This document shows positions 1 through 9,985 of a DNA stretch of 64,000 bases, in pieces. Position 1 is the first letter of the stretch; each line of letters starts with the position of its first letter. Location: contig CAVSIZ010000003.1 in assembly GCA_963728125.1 (NCBI GenBank), positions 11,250-75,249 on the forward strand, given 5' to 3'. The position numbers and the translations under genes were made by a program. Under the pieces are notes generated by a model that saw only the letters and a list, made by a program, of their open reading frames with translations, was not told the DNA's origin and did no database searches. Origin of the DNA: an uncultured Actinomycetota bacterium (GTDB lineage Bacteria; Actinomycetota; Actinomycetes; CAWDCV01).

Positions 1-118
1 CGTTCGCCGGCATCGTGAAGTGCTGCATGACGCCCGGCAAATCGCAGAACCGGACGTCGACGTACTCCACGCCCTCGTCCTTGACGTAGCTCAGGACCTC
101 GTCGGCGTTCTCGAACAT
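1..118 (-). CDS. glnA: glutamine synthetase type I, N-terminal fragment (gene runs off the left edge)
   Basis: Reverse complement of 1-118 reads [39 protein letters not shown], the canonical GSI N-terminus. It is absent from the ORF track because it is truncated by the window edge. Confidence 0.85.
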   Translation of the reverse strand, partial: MFENADEVLSYVKDEGVEYVDVRFCDLPGVMQHFTMPAN

Positions 119-182
119 CCAACCTCCCTTGTCCGGGAGCCGGATGCGCCCGGAGTGACGTCCGCGACAGTAGGTCAGGGCA

Positions 183-240
183 GTTTCTCGGCCATTGCTC
201 TGATGTTTCGCCGGTGTTACCCACCTGGTCGCAGTGTTAC
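183..240 (-). promoter_or_regulatory. putative GlnR operator (phased GTnAC / GAAAC half-sites) upstream of glnA
   Basis: Read in glnA orientation: GTAAC-n6-ACCAG-n4-GTAAC-n6-GAAAC-n6-GCAAT-n6-GAAAC, ending about 65 nt upstream of the glnA ATG. This matches the actinobacterial GlnR a/b-site pattern gTnAc-n6-GaAAc. Confidence 0.5.
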
Positions 241-300
241 GGCAGAGGTCAACGGTGGTCCCGACGTGCAACATCGGGGCACGCCACTAGCCTCGTTGTC

Positions 301-738
301 GTGGATCGTACGGGGGCCGCGACCGGTGACGGCGCCGGCCCGACCCCGCAGGCCTACCCGGGTCAGCGGCTCGGCCGACCCCAGTCCGGACCCGGATCGG
401 TGGCGAGTTTCGGCCCGCGGCTGCTCGCCTTCATCCTCGACTCGGCGATGAGCCTGCTCGTCGCGCTGCTGCTCTTCCGACCGCTGGAGCAGTGGACGGT
501 CAGCGCCGTCTTCGCTGTCGAGGTCCTGATCCTCACCGCATTCGGCGGGGCAAGCGCGGGGCAGCGCGTGGTCGGCATGCGGGTCGTGCGGATGTCCGAC
601 GGCGACCCGATCGCCATTCCTGCCGCCATCGTGCGGACGGCACTGCTCCTGCTGATCATCCCGGCGATCATCTGGGACGCCGATGGGCGCGGCCTGCATG
701 ACAAGGCCGCCGGCACGGTGCTGATCCGCACCCGCTAG
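301..738 (+). CDS. RDD family membrane protein
   Basis: ORF 214..738. Motif YPGQRLGRPQSGPGSVASFGPRLLAFILDSAMSLLV followed by TM segments, typical RDD. GTG at 301 chosen as start (uncertain). Confidence 0.7.
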   Translation: MDRTGAATGDGAGPTPQAYPGQRLGRPQSGPGSVASFGPRLLAFILDSAMSLLVALLLFRPLEQWTVSAVFAVEVLILTAFGGASAGQRVVGMRVVRMSDGDPIAIPAAIVRTALLLLIIPAIIWDADGRGLHDKAAGTVLIRTR

Positions 739-757
739 GCGCCCGTCAGCGGCAGGG

Positions 758-1438
758 TCAGCGGGAGGGTGGGCGCGGCATCTTCGGCATGCGCGCGTTG
801 CGGGGGAGCGGTCCCTTGGGCACCGGCAGCGGCTGCTGCGGCAGGGCGCGCAACCGGTTGTTGACTTCACGTACCTCGGCGGGGCGCAGATTGCGCGGCA
901 GCTTCGCCAGGTGCGACGGGAGCTTGCGGAGCTGAACCTGACCGTCCGCGTCGCCGACGACCACGTCGTACACCGGCGCCTCGGGCACGAACCGGCTGAT
1001 CTTGCGCTTCTCGGCGGTCAGTAGCCCGGTCAACCGCGTCGGCGAACCTTCGCCGACGAGCACGATGCCGGGACGCCCGACCGCGCGGTGAACGATGTCC
1101 TGGTTCCGCGTCACCGCGATCGCCGGCGTGACGGTCCAGCCGCGGCGCAGCGTGTTCAGTACCCCGGCGGCCGCCCCCGGTTGGCCCTCGATCTGGCGGT
1201 AGGCAGCGCGTTCGGCGCGCCGACCGAAGACAATCACCACGACGAGTAGGGCCGGCGTGATGCCGAGCAGTCCCCAGATGATGGGCGCACCGGTGACGAG
1301 GCCGATCACGACGAAGATCAGCAGCGTGCCCAACGCGCACGCGAGCAGGATCCATCCGATAGCCGGATCGGCCTTGCGAGTCATGCGATAGGCGACGCCG
1401 ATCTGCCGCAGCCGTGCGAACCGCTCCTTGCGAGCCAT
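758..1438 (-). CDS. DUF4191 domain-containing membrane protein (Rv2219-like)
   Basis: ORF 758..1471. The conserved N-terminus MARKERFARLRQIG starts at the internal ATG 1438. Two TM helices and conserved position between glnA and lipA. Confidence 0.75.
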   Translation of the reverse strand: MARKERFARLRQIGVAYRMTRKADPAIGWILLACALGTLLIFVVIGLVTGAPIIWGLLGITPALLVVVIVFGRRAERAAYRQIEGQPGAAAGVLNTLRRGWTVTPAIAVTRNQDIVHRAVGRPGIVLVGEGSPTRLTGLLTAEKRKISRFVPEAPVYDVVVGDADGQVQLRKLPSHLAKLPRNLRPAEVREVNNRLRALPQQPLPVPKGPLPRNARMPKMPRPPSR

Positions 1439-1482
1439 GCACGGAGGATACGTGGCGGCCGTTGGGGTCACGGATGCTCGTT

Positions 1483-1531
1483 TGGTTCCCTACTGCGCAA
1501 CACGCCCGGCGTGTCGAGCACAAGGGAACCA
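1483..1531 (-). terminator. nested hairpin between lipA stop and DUF4191 start
   Basis: TGGTTCCCT (1483-1491) pairs with AGGGAACCA (1523-1531). An inner palindrome CACGCC-c-GGCGTG lies at 1501-1513. No U-tract. Confidence 0.3.
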
Positions 1532-1544
1532 ACCAGCGTGACGA

Positions 1545-2471
1545 TCAGCCGGGGATGACCTCGCGCGCCGCGATGGCCTGCGCGTACAACCGTCCCGCCC
1601 GATAGGACGAACGCACCAGCGGGCCGGACAGGACTCCGACGAAGCCGAGCGACTCCGCCTCCTGGCTGAGCTCGACGAACTCCTCCGGTCGCACCCACCG
1701 GATCACCGGGTGGTGGCGGACAGAGGGCCGCAGGTACTGCGTGATGGTCAACAGATCGCAGCCCGCGTTGCGCAGTTGCCGCATCGCGTCGGTCACCTCG
1801 GCGCGCTCCTCGCCCATGCCGAGGATGAGGTTGGACTTCGTCACCAGGCCGGCCGCACGAGCCTGCCGGATCACGTCCAGCGAGCGGTCGAAGCGAAAGC
1901 CGGGGCGGATCTGCTTGAAGATGCGCGGCACGGTCTCGAGGTTGTGCGCGAGTACCTCCGGCTCGGCCCCGAAGACCTCGTCGAGCAGCGCCGGCGTGGC
2001 ATTGAAGTCGGGGATGAGTAGCTCGACGCCGGTCCCCGGGTTGAGCGCGTGGATCTGCCGGACGGTCTCGGCGTAGAGCCAGGCACCGCCGTCGGCTAGG
2101 TCGTCACGGGCCACCCCGGTCACCGTGGCGTAGCGCAAGCCCATCGCCTGCACCGACTCGGCCACGCGTCGGGGCTCGTCGACGTCGAGGGCCGCGGGCT
2201 TGCCGGTGTCGATCTGGCAGAAATCGCAGCGTCGCGTGCACTGGTCGCCGCCGATGAGGAAGGTCGCCTCGCGGTCCTCCCAGCACTCGTAGATGTTGGG
2301 GCAGCCGGCTTCCTCGCAAACCGTGTGCAGCCCCTCGCGCCGCACCAGCGCCTTGAGCTCGGTGTACTCCGGACCGGTGCGCAGCTTGGTCTTGATCCAC
2401 GCCGGCTTCTTCTCGATCGGCGTCTGCGCGTTGCGCACCTCGAGGCGGAGGAGCTTGCGGCCGTCGGGCAT
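1545..2471 (-). CDS. lipA: lipoyl synthase
   Basis: ORF 1545..2720, trimmed to [27 protein letters not shown] (ATG 2471; alternative GTG 2483). Radical-SAM motifs [12 protein letters not shown] and CTRRCDFC. Confidence 0.9.
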   Translation of the reverse strand: MPDGRKLLRLEVRNAQTPIEKKPAWIKTKLRTGPEYTELKALVRREGLHTVCEEAGCPNIYECWEDREATFLIGGDQCTRRCDFCQIDTGKPAALDVDEPRRVAESVQAMGLRYATVTGVARDDLADGGAWLYAETVRQIHALNPGTGVELLIPDFNATPALLDEVFGAEPEVLAHNLETVPRIFKQIRPGFRFDRSLDVIRQARAAGLVTKSNLILGMGEERAEVTDAMRQLRNAGCDLLTITQYLRPSVRHHPVIRWVRPEEFVELSQEAESLGFVGVLSGPLVRSSYRAGRLYAQAIAAREVIPG

Positions 2472-2542
2472 GACAGCGGTCACGGTGCTCCTCCCTCCAA
2501 TACGTACGTTGGCCAGCAGATGCTCGGTAGGCGCTGTCCAGG

Positions 2543-3193
2543 CTACGCCGGCACAGCCGCCGGCCGCCGAACGAGGAGCGTCGGCAGGTGTCGCTCCACG
2601 ACCGGGAGGACATCGTCTACCGACACCGGGCGGTGCAGCTCGGCTGACAGCGAGGTCACGCTTGCATCGCGGATTCCGCACGGCACGATCCGGTCGAACC
2701 ACGACAGGTCGCAGTCGCAATTCAGGGCGAAGCCGTGCATCGTGACGCCACGAGACACCCGGATGCCGATGGCCGCGACCTTGCGGTCCTGCACGTCATC
2801 GCTGCCGCGGACCCACACCCCACTACGCCCCGCCACCCGCTCCGCCGCGAGTCCGACCTCAGCGCAGACGTCGATGAGCATGTGCTCCATCCGGCGCACA
2901 TAGGCGACCACGTCGACCGGGTCCTGCAGCGCGACGATCGGGTAGCCGACCAGCTGTCCGGGACCGTGCCAGGTGATCTTGCCGCCCCGGTCCACGTCGA
3001 CGACAGGCGTGCCGTCGACGGGTCGGTCCAATGGCTCGGTACGGCGCCCCGCGGTGTAGACCGGGGGGTGTTGCAGGAGCAGGACGGTGTCGCCGATGTC
3101 GCCGGCGACGCGGGCGGCATGGAGGCGGCGTTGCTCGTCCCAGGCTGCGTCGTACGGCAGCTCGCCGACGTAAGTAGCCCGCAACGCTGTCAC
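2543..3193 (-). CDS. lipB: lipoyl(octanoyl) transferase
   Basis: 216 aa with [19 protein letters not shown] and the PCG motif (RIVPCGI). Adjacent to lipA. Confidence 0.9.
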   Translation of the reverse strand: MTALRATYVGELPYDAAWDEQRRLHAARVAGDIGDTVLLLQHPPVYTAGRRTEPLDRPVDGTPVVDVDRGGKITWHGPGQLVGYPIVALQDPVDVVAYVRRMEHMLIDVCAEVGLAAERVAGRSGVWVRGSDDVQDRKVAAIGIRVSRGVTMHGFALNCDCDLSWFDRIVPCGIRDASVTSLSAELHRPVSVDDVLPVVERHLPTLLVRRPAAVPA

Positions 3194-3292
3194 CCGGTCA
3201 GCGTACGTGCCGTTGGCCCGGCGAGCCGTGGAGCAGCGGCCCTGCGAGGATCGGGGGACACACCCTCACGTCCCGCAAGGAGCCCCTCCCGC

Positions 3293-5446
3293 ATGACCAC
3301 CTCGGACACGACCACCGCCGAGCAAACCCCGGAGCGCCGCTCACGGTGGCGGTTTGTGCTCCCTGCCGCGGTCGTCATCGTCTGGCTCTTCGTCGGCGGA
3401 CCGCTCGGCTCGTTCACGGGTCGGTTGGCGGAGGTCCAGTCCAACGACAACGCCAGCTTCCTGCCCTCGGACGCGGAGTCGACACGAGTCACCGAGCTCC
3501 AGGAGGGCTTCCAGGAGCAGACGGTTCTCCCGGCGATCATCATCTGGGAGAGCGAGGACGGCCTGAGCGCCGAGACGCAGCAGGCTGCCGTCTCCGACCT
3601 GGAGGCCATCGCTTCGCTGGACGGAGTCGTCGGGCAGGTCAGTCCGCCGATCCCGTCCGAGGACGGGCAGGCACTGCAGGCGATCGTCCCCCTGGATCCG
3701 AACCTCGGCGAAGGACTCATCGACGTCGTCGAGGAGATCCGGGCACAGCTCGCGGACACGCCAGGTGCCGAGGTGTACGTCGCGGGACCGGCCGGCATCC
3801 TTGCGGATTTCGCCGATGCCTTCGCTGGGATCGACGGCATCCTGCTCGTCACTGCCGGTGTGGTCGTGCTCGTCATCCTGCTCATCGTCTATCGCAGCCC
3901 TGTGCTGCCGTTCCTCGTGCTCCTGAGCGCGCTGCTCGGCCTGGGTGTCGCCTCAGCAGTGGTCTACTTCCTCGCCGATAGCGACATCATCACGCTCAAT
4001 GGGCAGAGTCAGGGCATCCTGTCGATCCTCGCCGTGGGCGCCGCGACGGACTACGCGCTGCTTTTGACGGCACGATTCCGTGAGGAGCTGCGCGAGAACC
4101 AGGATCGCTTTGCGGCGATGCGGGTGGCCCTGCGGCAGTCGTTCGCGCCGATCGTGGCGTCGGGGAGCACCGTGATCCTCGGCGTGCTGTGCCTGCTCTT
4201 CAGCGAGCTCAACTCCAATCGCGGCCTGGGTCCGGTCGCTGCGATTGGCATCGCCTGCTCGCTGCTGGTCGCGCTCACCTTCTTGCCTGCTGCTCTGGTG
4301 CTGCTCGGCCGGGTCGCCTTCTGGCCCTTCCGACCGGCGTACGGATCCCCGCATCCGGAGACAACAGGAGTCTGGGGCCGGGTGGCGCGGCTGGTGGGCC
4401 GTCGCGCGCGCCGGGTGTGGATCGTGACCGCTGCGGTTCTGCTCGCGTTCGCAGCATTTGCACCCACCCTCGACGCGGACGGGCTGTCCGAGACCGAGCT
4501 GTTCCTCCAGCCGGAGGAGTCGGTCGAGGGTCAGGCCGCGCTGTCGCGGCACTTTTCCGGCGGGGCCGGAAACCCAGTCGTGGTCATTGCGAACGAGGAC
4601 GCTGCCGATGAGGTGCTCGAGGTCATGGAGAGCACCGACGGCATTGACAGTGCCGCCATCGTGACGGAGTCAGGTCAGCCGGGTCAGGGACCTGCCAAGG
4701 TCGTCGATGGTCAGGTCCAGATCGACGCCGTTCTCGGCTCGGATCCGAACAGCGACGAGGCCTTTGCCACCGTCCGCGGCTTGCGGGTCGACTTGGATGA
4801 CGTCAGTGGTGCCGATGCGCTGGTCGGCGGCACGACTGCAATCAACCTTGATGTCCGCGAGAGTTCGCAGCGGGACAACACGGTCATCATTCCGATCGTC
4901 CTGTTGGTGATCTTCGTCGTCCTGGCCCTCCTGTTGCGCGCTCTGCTCGCACCGGTGCTGCTGATCGCTACCGTGGTCCTGTCTTTTGCGGCCACGCTCG
5001 GGGTGGCGTCACTGGTGTTCGACTACGTCTTCGGCTGGCCGGGCTCGGATCCCTCGGTGCCGCTGTATGCGTTCGTGTTCCTCGTCGCGCTGGGCATCGA
5101 CTACAACATCTTCTTGATGACGCGGATCCGCGAGGAGTCGTTCCGTCGTGGGACGCGGCCGGGCATCCTCAAGGGCCTAGCGGTGACGGGCGGTGTCATC
5201 ACGTCCGCGGGCATCGTGCTGGCGGCGACGTTCAGCGCGCTGGGCGTCATCCCCATCCTCTTCCTCGCGCAGATCGCGTTCCTCGTCGCCTTCGGCGTCC
5301 TGCTCGACACGATCGTCGTTCGGTCCCTCCTCGTGCCGGCGCTGTCGTACGACATCGGGCCCCGCATCTGGTGGCCGAGCAAGCTGGCCCGCCGCGAAGA
5401 GCCAGAGGAGGCGCGAGCACCCGAGCTGGCCGACGTCGGCGCCTGA
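3293..5446 (+). CDS. MMPL family transporter (copy 1)
   Basis: ORF 2735..5446. The real start is likely ATG 3293 (MTTSDTTTAEQTPERRSRWRFVLPAAVVIVWLF). It has 12 TM-type hydrophobic blocks and two extracytoplasmic loops, with GTDYALLL and LGIDYNIFLMTRIREE motifs. Confidence 0.85.
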   Translation: MTTSDTTTAEQTPERRSRWRFVLPAAVVIVWLFVGGPLGSFTGRLAEVQSNDNASFLPSDAESTRVTELQEGFQEQTVLPAIIIWESEDGLSAETQQAAVSDLEAIASLDGVVGQVSPPIPSEDGQALQAIVPLDPNLGEGLIDVVEEIRAQLADTPGAEVYVAGPAGILADFADAFAGIDGILLVTAGVVVLVILLIVYRSPVLPFLVLLSALLGLGVASAVVYFLADSDIITLNGQSQGILSILAVGAATDYALLLTARFREELRENQDRFAAMRVALRQSFAPIVASGSTVILGVLCLLFSELNSNRGLGPVAAIGIACSLLVALTFLPAALVLLGRVAFWPFRPAYGSPHPETTGVWGRVARLVGRRARRVWIVTAAVLLAFAAFAPTLDADGLSETELFLQPEESVEGQAALSRHFSGGAGNPVVVIANEDAADEVLEVMESTDGIDSAAIVTESGQPGQGPAKVVDGQVQIDAVLGSDPNSDEAFATVRGLRVDLDDVSGADALVGGTTAINLDVRESSQRDNTVIIPIVLLVIFVVLALLLRALLAPVLLIATVVLSFAATLGVASLVFDYVFGWPGSDPSVPLYAFVFLVALGIDYNIFLMTRIREESFRRGTRPGILKGLAVTGGVITSAGIVLAATFSALGVIPILFLAQIAFLVAFGVLLDTIVVRSLLVPALSYDIGPRIWWPSKLARREEPEEARAPELADVGA

Positions 5447-5454
5447 GTTCGCTG

Positions 5455-6168
5455 CTAGCTGAGCAGTCGAGGCTGGATGCGGGTCTCGGTGACGCCGCCA
5501 CCTGCCAGCGCTTCGATCTGATAGGCCGCGGCTTCGGGCCGGTCCGCCACGGCTTCGACCAGCTCCGTGCCGGCGTAGTGCAGGCCGACACCGTCGTCGG
5601 TCGCGTACGACATCGGCAGCGTCCCGTCCTCGACCAGTCGGTGCAGCAGTGGCCGGCGCTGCTCCTCGGAGTCGTAGTGCACGCCGTTGCCGTACGGCAG
5701 CAGGCCGAGCCCGTTCGTGACTGGTCGCAGCGTCGGTCCGAACGAGTCGGTCGGGCCGCCGACATGCCAACAGATCGAGCCAGCGCTGACGCCGGTGAGG
5801 ACGACGCCGGATTCCCACGCCTCTCGCATTACGTGATCGACGCCATGCAATCGCCACAGCGCAAGCAGATTCGCGACCGAACCGCCGCCGACGTAGATGA
5901 CGTCCTGTGCGAGCAGGTGTTGGCGTACGTCCGGCACGTTCGGCATCTGGAACAGCGACAGGTGACTCGCATCGACACCCCCGAGCGCGGCCATGGCGGC
6001 GTAGACCAGCGTCAGATAGCGGTCGCTGTCACCCGTTGCTGTGCCGACAAAGCAGAACCGAGCGCGTTCGGCACCCGATAACCGCAGGGCATGCTGCACA
6101 AGTGGCCCGGCGTCATACATGCCGCGAACGTTGCCGCGGAAGCCGCCGCTCGTGGCGAGGATGTTCAC
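5455..6168 (-). CDS. peptidase E-like / type 1 glutamine amidotransferase-like (S51 family)
   Basis: 237 aa. Has the pattern IYVGGGSVANLL ... GVSAGSICW typical of S51 dipeptidase E family. Confidence 0.7.
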   Translation of the reverse strand: MNILATSGGFRGNVRGMYDAGPLVQHALRLSGAERARFCFVGTATGDSDRYLTLVYAAMAALGGVDASHLSLFQMPNVPDVRQHLLAQDVIYVGGGSVANLLALWRLHGVDHVMREAWESGVVLTGVSAGSICWHVGGPTDSFGPTLRPVTNGLGLLPYGNGVHYDSEEQRRPLLHRLVEDGTLPMSYATDDGVGLHYAGTELVEAVADRPEAAAYQIEALAGGGVTETRIQPRLLS

Positions 6169-7427
6169 GCGCTGAGGTCCTGTAACACGGCGTCGGCGGC
6201 GCGGCGTCCCGACACCATCGCGCCCTGGATGGAGCTGGAGTCGCGCGCATCGCCGCAGACGTACAGCCCGGGCTCAACGCGCACCGGCTTGCGGAAGTCG
6301 TGCGGGGGCGGCATCGCTGGCAGCGCATCGGCAATCGGGTAGCTACGCAGCATCGTCCATCGCCGAGTGTCCGTGCCGTACAACACGGCCAGGTGCTTTC
6401 GCACGGCGCTCTCGTCTGCGTCGGTATGCACGCCGAGCACACTCGATGAGACGAGCGTTGTGCCCTCGGGCGCGTAGGCAGGCGCGGCATTGCTGATGGG
6501 GACGGTATTGATCACAGGTCCGCGATGGCGTACGCCATCGACGACCAGAATCCCGTCGCCGTCGAGCAGCACGTCGTCGGTGACGTGATAGTAGGTCGTC
6601 ACGGACTTCATTGCCGGTACGGGCAGCGAGGGCAGCAGCGCCGATGCCGTCCGCGGGTCGGTGGCGACGACGACCGCTCGGGCGCGAACGGCGCGGCCGT
6701 CACCGAGTCGTGTCTCGGCGGGGGAGACGGCAGTCACGTTCGCCTGCGTCGCAATCCGCCCCACCAGCTCGCGGGCAAGCTGCTTGGGGATGTCGCCCAT
6801 GCCAGTGGCTGGCACAGACGGAGTGCCGCGAACGAATGTGCGCAACAGCAGGTCGAAGAACCGGCTCGAGGTCTCGAGCTCGTCCTCCAGGAACGTGCCC
6901 GCAAAGAATGGACGAATGAGCTGGTCGACGGCGCGATCGCTGACACCACGCTCGCGCAGCGCCGCTCGTGTCGTCGTCTCGGTCGCCGTCAGCAGGTCGT
7001 GCGCAGGGCGCCGTACGTCCTCGACGGCCATCGCGGCGAGACGCGCCTTGTCCTGCACGCTGCCGATGGGGGCGAGTGCCGAAGACAGCGCCCAGGTCGG
7101 GCGCCGGCGTGGATCGGCGATACGAGCACGGCGGCGTCCATCGAGCGCGACGATGACGCCCGGTGCCAAGGCCTGCAGGTGCAGGCGACGATGGTCGAGA
7201 ACCCGCCTGCCCTCGGGGTACGCGGGGTTGTAGAGCTGAAACCCGCGATCGAGCAGGAAGCCGTCGACATCGTCGGTGCGTACCCGGCCACCGACGTCGT
7301 CCGAGGCCTCGAGGACGACGACATCGAGACCGTGCTGGTGGAGGCGGCGCGCAGCGCACAGCCCCGCGAGCCCCGCGCCCACCACGACGACGTCGGCGCT
7401 GTCCGGGAGCTCCGCGCTGTCGATCAC
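6165..7427 (-). CDS. NAD(P)/FAD-dependent oxidoreductase (amine-oxidase-like)
   Basis: N-terminal dinucleotide fold VVVVGAGLAGLCAARRL...VLEASDDVGGRVRTD. 4-nt overlap with the downstream S51 peptidase gene. Confidence 0.8.
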   Translation of the reverse strand: MIDSAELPDSADVVVVGAGLAGLCAARRLHQHGLDVVVLEASDDVGGRVRTDDVDGFLLDRGFQLYNPAYPEGRRVLDHRRLHLQALAPGVIVALDGRRRARIADPRRRPTWALSSALAPIGSVQDKARLAAMAVEDVRRPAHDLLTATETTTRAALRERGVSDRAVDQLIRPFFAGTFLEDELETSSRFFDLLLRTFVRGTPSVPATGMGDIPKQLARELVGRIATQANVTAVSPAETRLGDGRAVRARAVVVATDPRTASALLPSLPVPAMKSVTTYYHVTDDVLLDGDGILVVDGVRHRGPVINTVPISNAAPAYAPEGTTLVSSSVLGVHTDADESAVRKHLAVLYGTDTRRWTMLRSYPIADALPAMPPPHDFRKPVRVEPGLYVCGDARDSSSIQGAMVSGRRAADAVLQDLSA

Positions 7428-7534
7428 CAGGGCACGCTACCGACGGCTCCCCGCGCTGCGCCGCTCGACCTGTGCACGTCGGAGCCTGTGGACAACCGAC
7501 GCCGCTCGACAGCGAACTCTGTTTCGCTGGTGGT

Positions 7535-9019
7535 GTGCAGGACTTCGAGGTTCCCGGATACGTCCTCGATCGACTCCTCGGCTTCGGGGGCACCGGAGAG
7601 GTATGGGCCGCGCATCCGGCTGCGGGCGGACCCGCCGTCGCGGTGAAGCGGCTGCGCCCAGGCAGCGATCGTATGGCCACGGAGGAGGCCAGGCAGCGGT
7701 TGCGACGAGAGGCGCTCGTGCTTGCCGAATTCGACGATCCGCATGTGGTGCGGTTGCACCGGGTGCTCCGGGCGTCCACCGGCGATGACGTCTTGGTCCT
7801 CGACCTCGCCGAGGGTGGCAGCCTCGCGCGCGTGCTCGCGCTGCGGGGTCGGCTCGCCGTCGGCGAAGTCGTGACGATCGCCGTACCGCTCGCGCAGTCC
7901 CTCGCCACTGCTCATCGACGCGGCATCCTGCACGGCGACGTGAGTGCTGCGAACGTCCTATTCGCTGCCGATGGGCGCCCGCTGCTCGCCGATCTCGGCG
8001 TGGCACGACTGATCGGCGAACCGGTGGGGACTGACAACAACCCGCAGGGCACCGCCGGGTTCACCGACCCGGTCGTACTGACGGGCGAGCCGGTGCGAGC
8101 TGCGAGCGACGTCTACGGCCTCGCCGCCGTGTGCTGGACCGCGCTCACCGGATCAGCTCCTGACCCGAGGGTCAGCACGATGTCCGCGGGCGCACGAGCC
8201 GAGGCCCTGCGCGCGCACGCGCCGGGGACGCCAGACACGCTCGCCGACGCGATCGCCCGCGGTCTCGCCGCGGACCCCACCGATCGGCCGGATGCCGCAC
8301 AGTTCTCCCAGCTGGTGTGGAGGTGTGCCGCGGCTCAGCCCGTACGGCTGCCGGCCGGCACGTCGACACTGGAGGCGCCGGCCGACAACGGTGACGCGGT
8401 GACGCATCGCGTCCGACCGGCACATTCATCCGCGCCGGCCGCGACATCCGCGCCAGCCCGCCGTCGGCGCAGACGCTGGCGACCTCCTGCGGTCGACGCC
8501 CACACGGTGCTGCGAGGCAGCGCTCTGCTCGTGGTCCCCGTGCTGCTGGCGATGGCGGTGTGGACCGGCACGCAGTGGGCCGACAGCACCGGTGCCGAAG
8601 ATCCGGCGCCGGCAGAGCACGCTGCCGCCGAAACGGATTGGGCTGCCGTCCTGAGCAAGCTCGATGAGCAGTGGTCGACAGCATTCAGTACCGGAGACGT
8701 CGACGCGCTGCGCGCTGTCGATGCTTCAGACTCTGCGGCGCTGGCCGGTGACCGTGCGCTTCTGCAGCGCTATGTCGACGCGGGCGCGAGTGCGCGCGGC
8801 TTGCGAGTCGAGCGGCTGAGCGTGTCCGCGGTGTCGGTGGTCGACGATCGCGTCGTGCTTCGCGTCGTCGACCGGATCCAGCCGTACGACATCGTCGATG
8901 CCGGCGGTGCCGTGCTCCGAACCGAGCCCGGTCGAGGCGAGACAGCGTGGCGCATCACGTTGGTGCAGACCGACCCGGCAGACGCAGCGTGGCGAATCGC
9001 GTCAGTGGCTCGGGCGTAA
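7535..9019 (+). CDS. Ser/Thr protein kinase-like membrane protein with atypical catalytic loop and NTF2/SnoaL-like ectodomain
   Basis: ORF 7163..9019 trimmed to GTG 7535 (VQDFEVPGYVLDRLLGFGGTGEVW). Has VAVK, HGDVSAANV and DLG motifs, one TM segment (ALLVVPVLLAMAVW) and a C-terminal domain of about 130 aa. Confidence 0.8.
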   Translation: MQDFEVPGYVLDRLLGFGGTGEVWAAHPAAGGPAVAVKRLRPGSDRMATEEARQRLRREALVLAEFDDPHVVRLHRVLRASTGDDVLVLDLAEGGSLARVLALRGRLAVGEVVTIAVPLAQSLATAHRRGILHGDVSAANVLFAADGRPLLADLGVARLIGEPVGTDNNPQGTAGFTDPVVLTGEPVRAASDVYGLAAVCWTALTGSAPDPRVSTMSAGARAEALRAHAPGTPDTLADAIARGLAADPTDRPDAAQFSQLVWRCAAAQPVRLPAGTSTLEAPADNGDAVTHRVRPAHSSAPAATSAPARRRRRRWRPPAVDAHTVLRGSALLVVPVLLAMAVWTGTQWADSTGAEDPAPAEHAAAETDWAAVLSKLDEQWSTAFSTGDVDALRAVDASDSAALAGDRALLQRYVDAGASARGLRVERLSVSAVSVVDDRVVLRVVDRIQPYDIVDAGGAVLRTEPGRGETAWRITLVQTDPADAAWRIASVARA

Positions 9020-9025
9020 GCGGGA

Positions 9026-9922
9026 TCAGCCGGCGAGTCCGGACCGCATCGCGCTCTCGATGTCCGGGTGCTCGAACGTGAAGCCAGCGGTCTCCAAGAC
9101 ACGGGGAAGCACTCGATGGCTGGCGAGGACCTCGTTGGCGAACTCGCCGAGCCCGACCTGGAGCGCGACAGCGGGCACCCAGAACGGGGTAGGCCGGTGC
9201 AGCAGCATGCCCAACGTCTGGGTCGCTTCCCGATTCGTGACCGGATCGGGAGCGGTGACATTGACCGCCCCGTCGACGTCGTCGGCCGTCAGGAGGAAGC
9301 GGATCGCGCGGACTTCGTCCACCAGGCTGACGAAGCTCCAGTACTGGTGCCCCGACCCGAGGCGGCCGCCCAGCCCTAAGCGGAAGATCGGAACGCAGCG
9401 TTCGAGAAGCCCACCGCGGCGCGACATGACGAGCCCACTACGAAGCCGACAGACCCGGATGCCCGCATCCTGCGCGGGCGACGTCGCCGCTTCCCACTCC
9501 GTGCAGGTCTCGGCGAAGAAGTCGCTCCCGGCCGGGTCGCTTTCCTCGATGGGACGGTCACCGGTGTCGCCGTAGTAGCCGATCGCAGATGCATTGAGCA
9601 GCACTCGGGGACCGGGGTCGATCTTGGCCAGTGCCTCGCTGAGCGTTCTCGTGCTGTCGACCCGACTCGCCCGGAACTTTGCCTTGAACGACTCGGTCCA
9701 GTGGAGGGCATCGCCGGCGTTGACGCCGGCGAGGTTGATGGCGGCATCGACGCCGCTGAGCGCCGACGCGTCCAGCGATCCTGCCGCCGGATCCCACGAC
9801 ACCTCGTCCGGCGCGGCCGCGTCTCGACGCACCAGACGGGTCACCTCGTGCCCGTCGGCGCGCAGCGCTCGGACGAGTGGTGTGCCGATCATTCCCGACG
9901 AACCGGCGATGACGATCTTCAC
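9026..9922 (-). CDS. TIGR01777-family SDR / epimerase with DUF1731 (Rv2216-like)
   Basis: 298 aa. N-terminus KIVIAGSSGMIGTPLV, GTG start. Conserved position next to sucB. Confidence 0.8.
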   Translation of the reverse strand: MKIVIAGSSGMIGTPLVRALRADGHEVTRLVRRDAAAPDEVSWDPAAGSLDASALSGVDAAINLAGVNAGDALHWTESFKAKFRASRVDSTRTLSEALAKIDPGPRVLLNASAIGYYGDTGDRPIEESDPAGSDFFAETCTEWEAATSPAQDAGIRVCRLRSGLVMSRRGGLLERCVPIFRLGLGGRLGSGHQYWSFVSLVDEVRAIRFLLTADDVDGAVNVTAPDPVTNREATQTLGMLLHRPTPFWVPAVALQVGLGEFANEVLASHRVLPRVLETAGFTFEHPDIESAMRSGLAG

Positions 9923-9985
9923 GAGGACATCATCCCGTGCGGATGGTGTCCCGGCATCCCGCGATCAGCCGGCCCCGTCGCCCGC

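Noticed and set aside
2735-3292. Upstream extensions of several tracked ORFs (2735-3292 of MMPL-1, 13255-13872, 7163-7534, 41954-42439, 37621-37929, 45961-46239)
   Set aside because: These extensions overlap neighbouring genes on the other strand or run through intergenic DNA, and have junk-like composition. Family-typical N-termini with plausible start codons lie further downstream.
6525-7908. ORFs 6525..7646 (+) and 6700..7908 (-) overlapping the FAD oxidoreductase and the kinase start
   Set aside because: Both are Arg-rich shadow frames. The oxidoreductase (minus strand, GxGxxG fold) and the kinase (plus strand, from 7535) explain the region.
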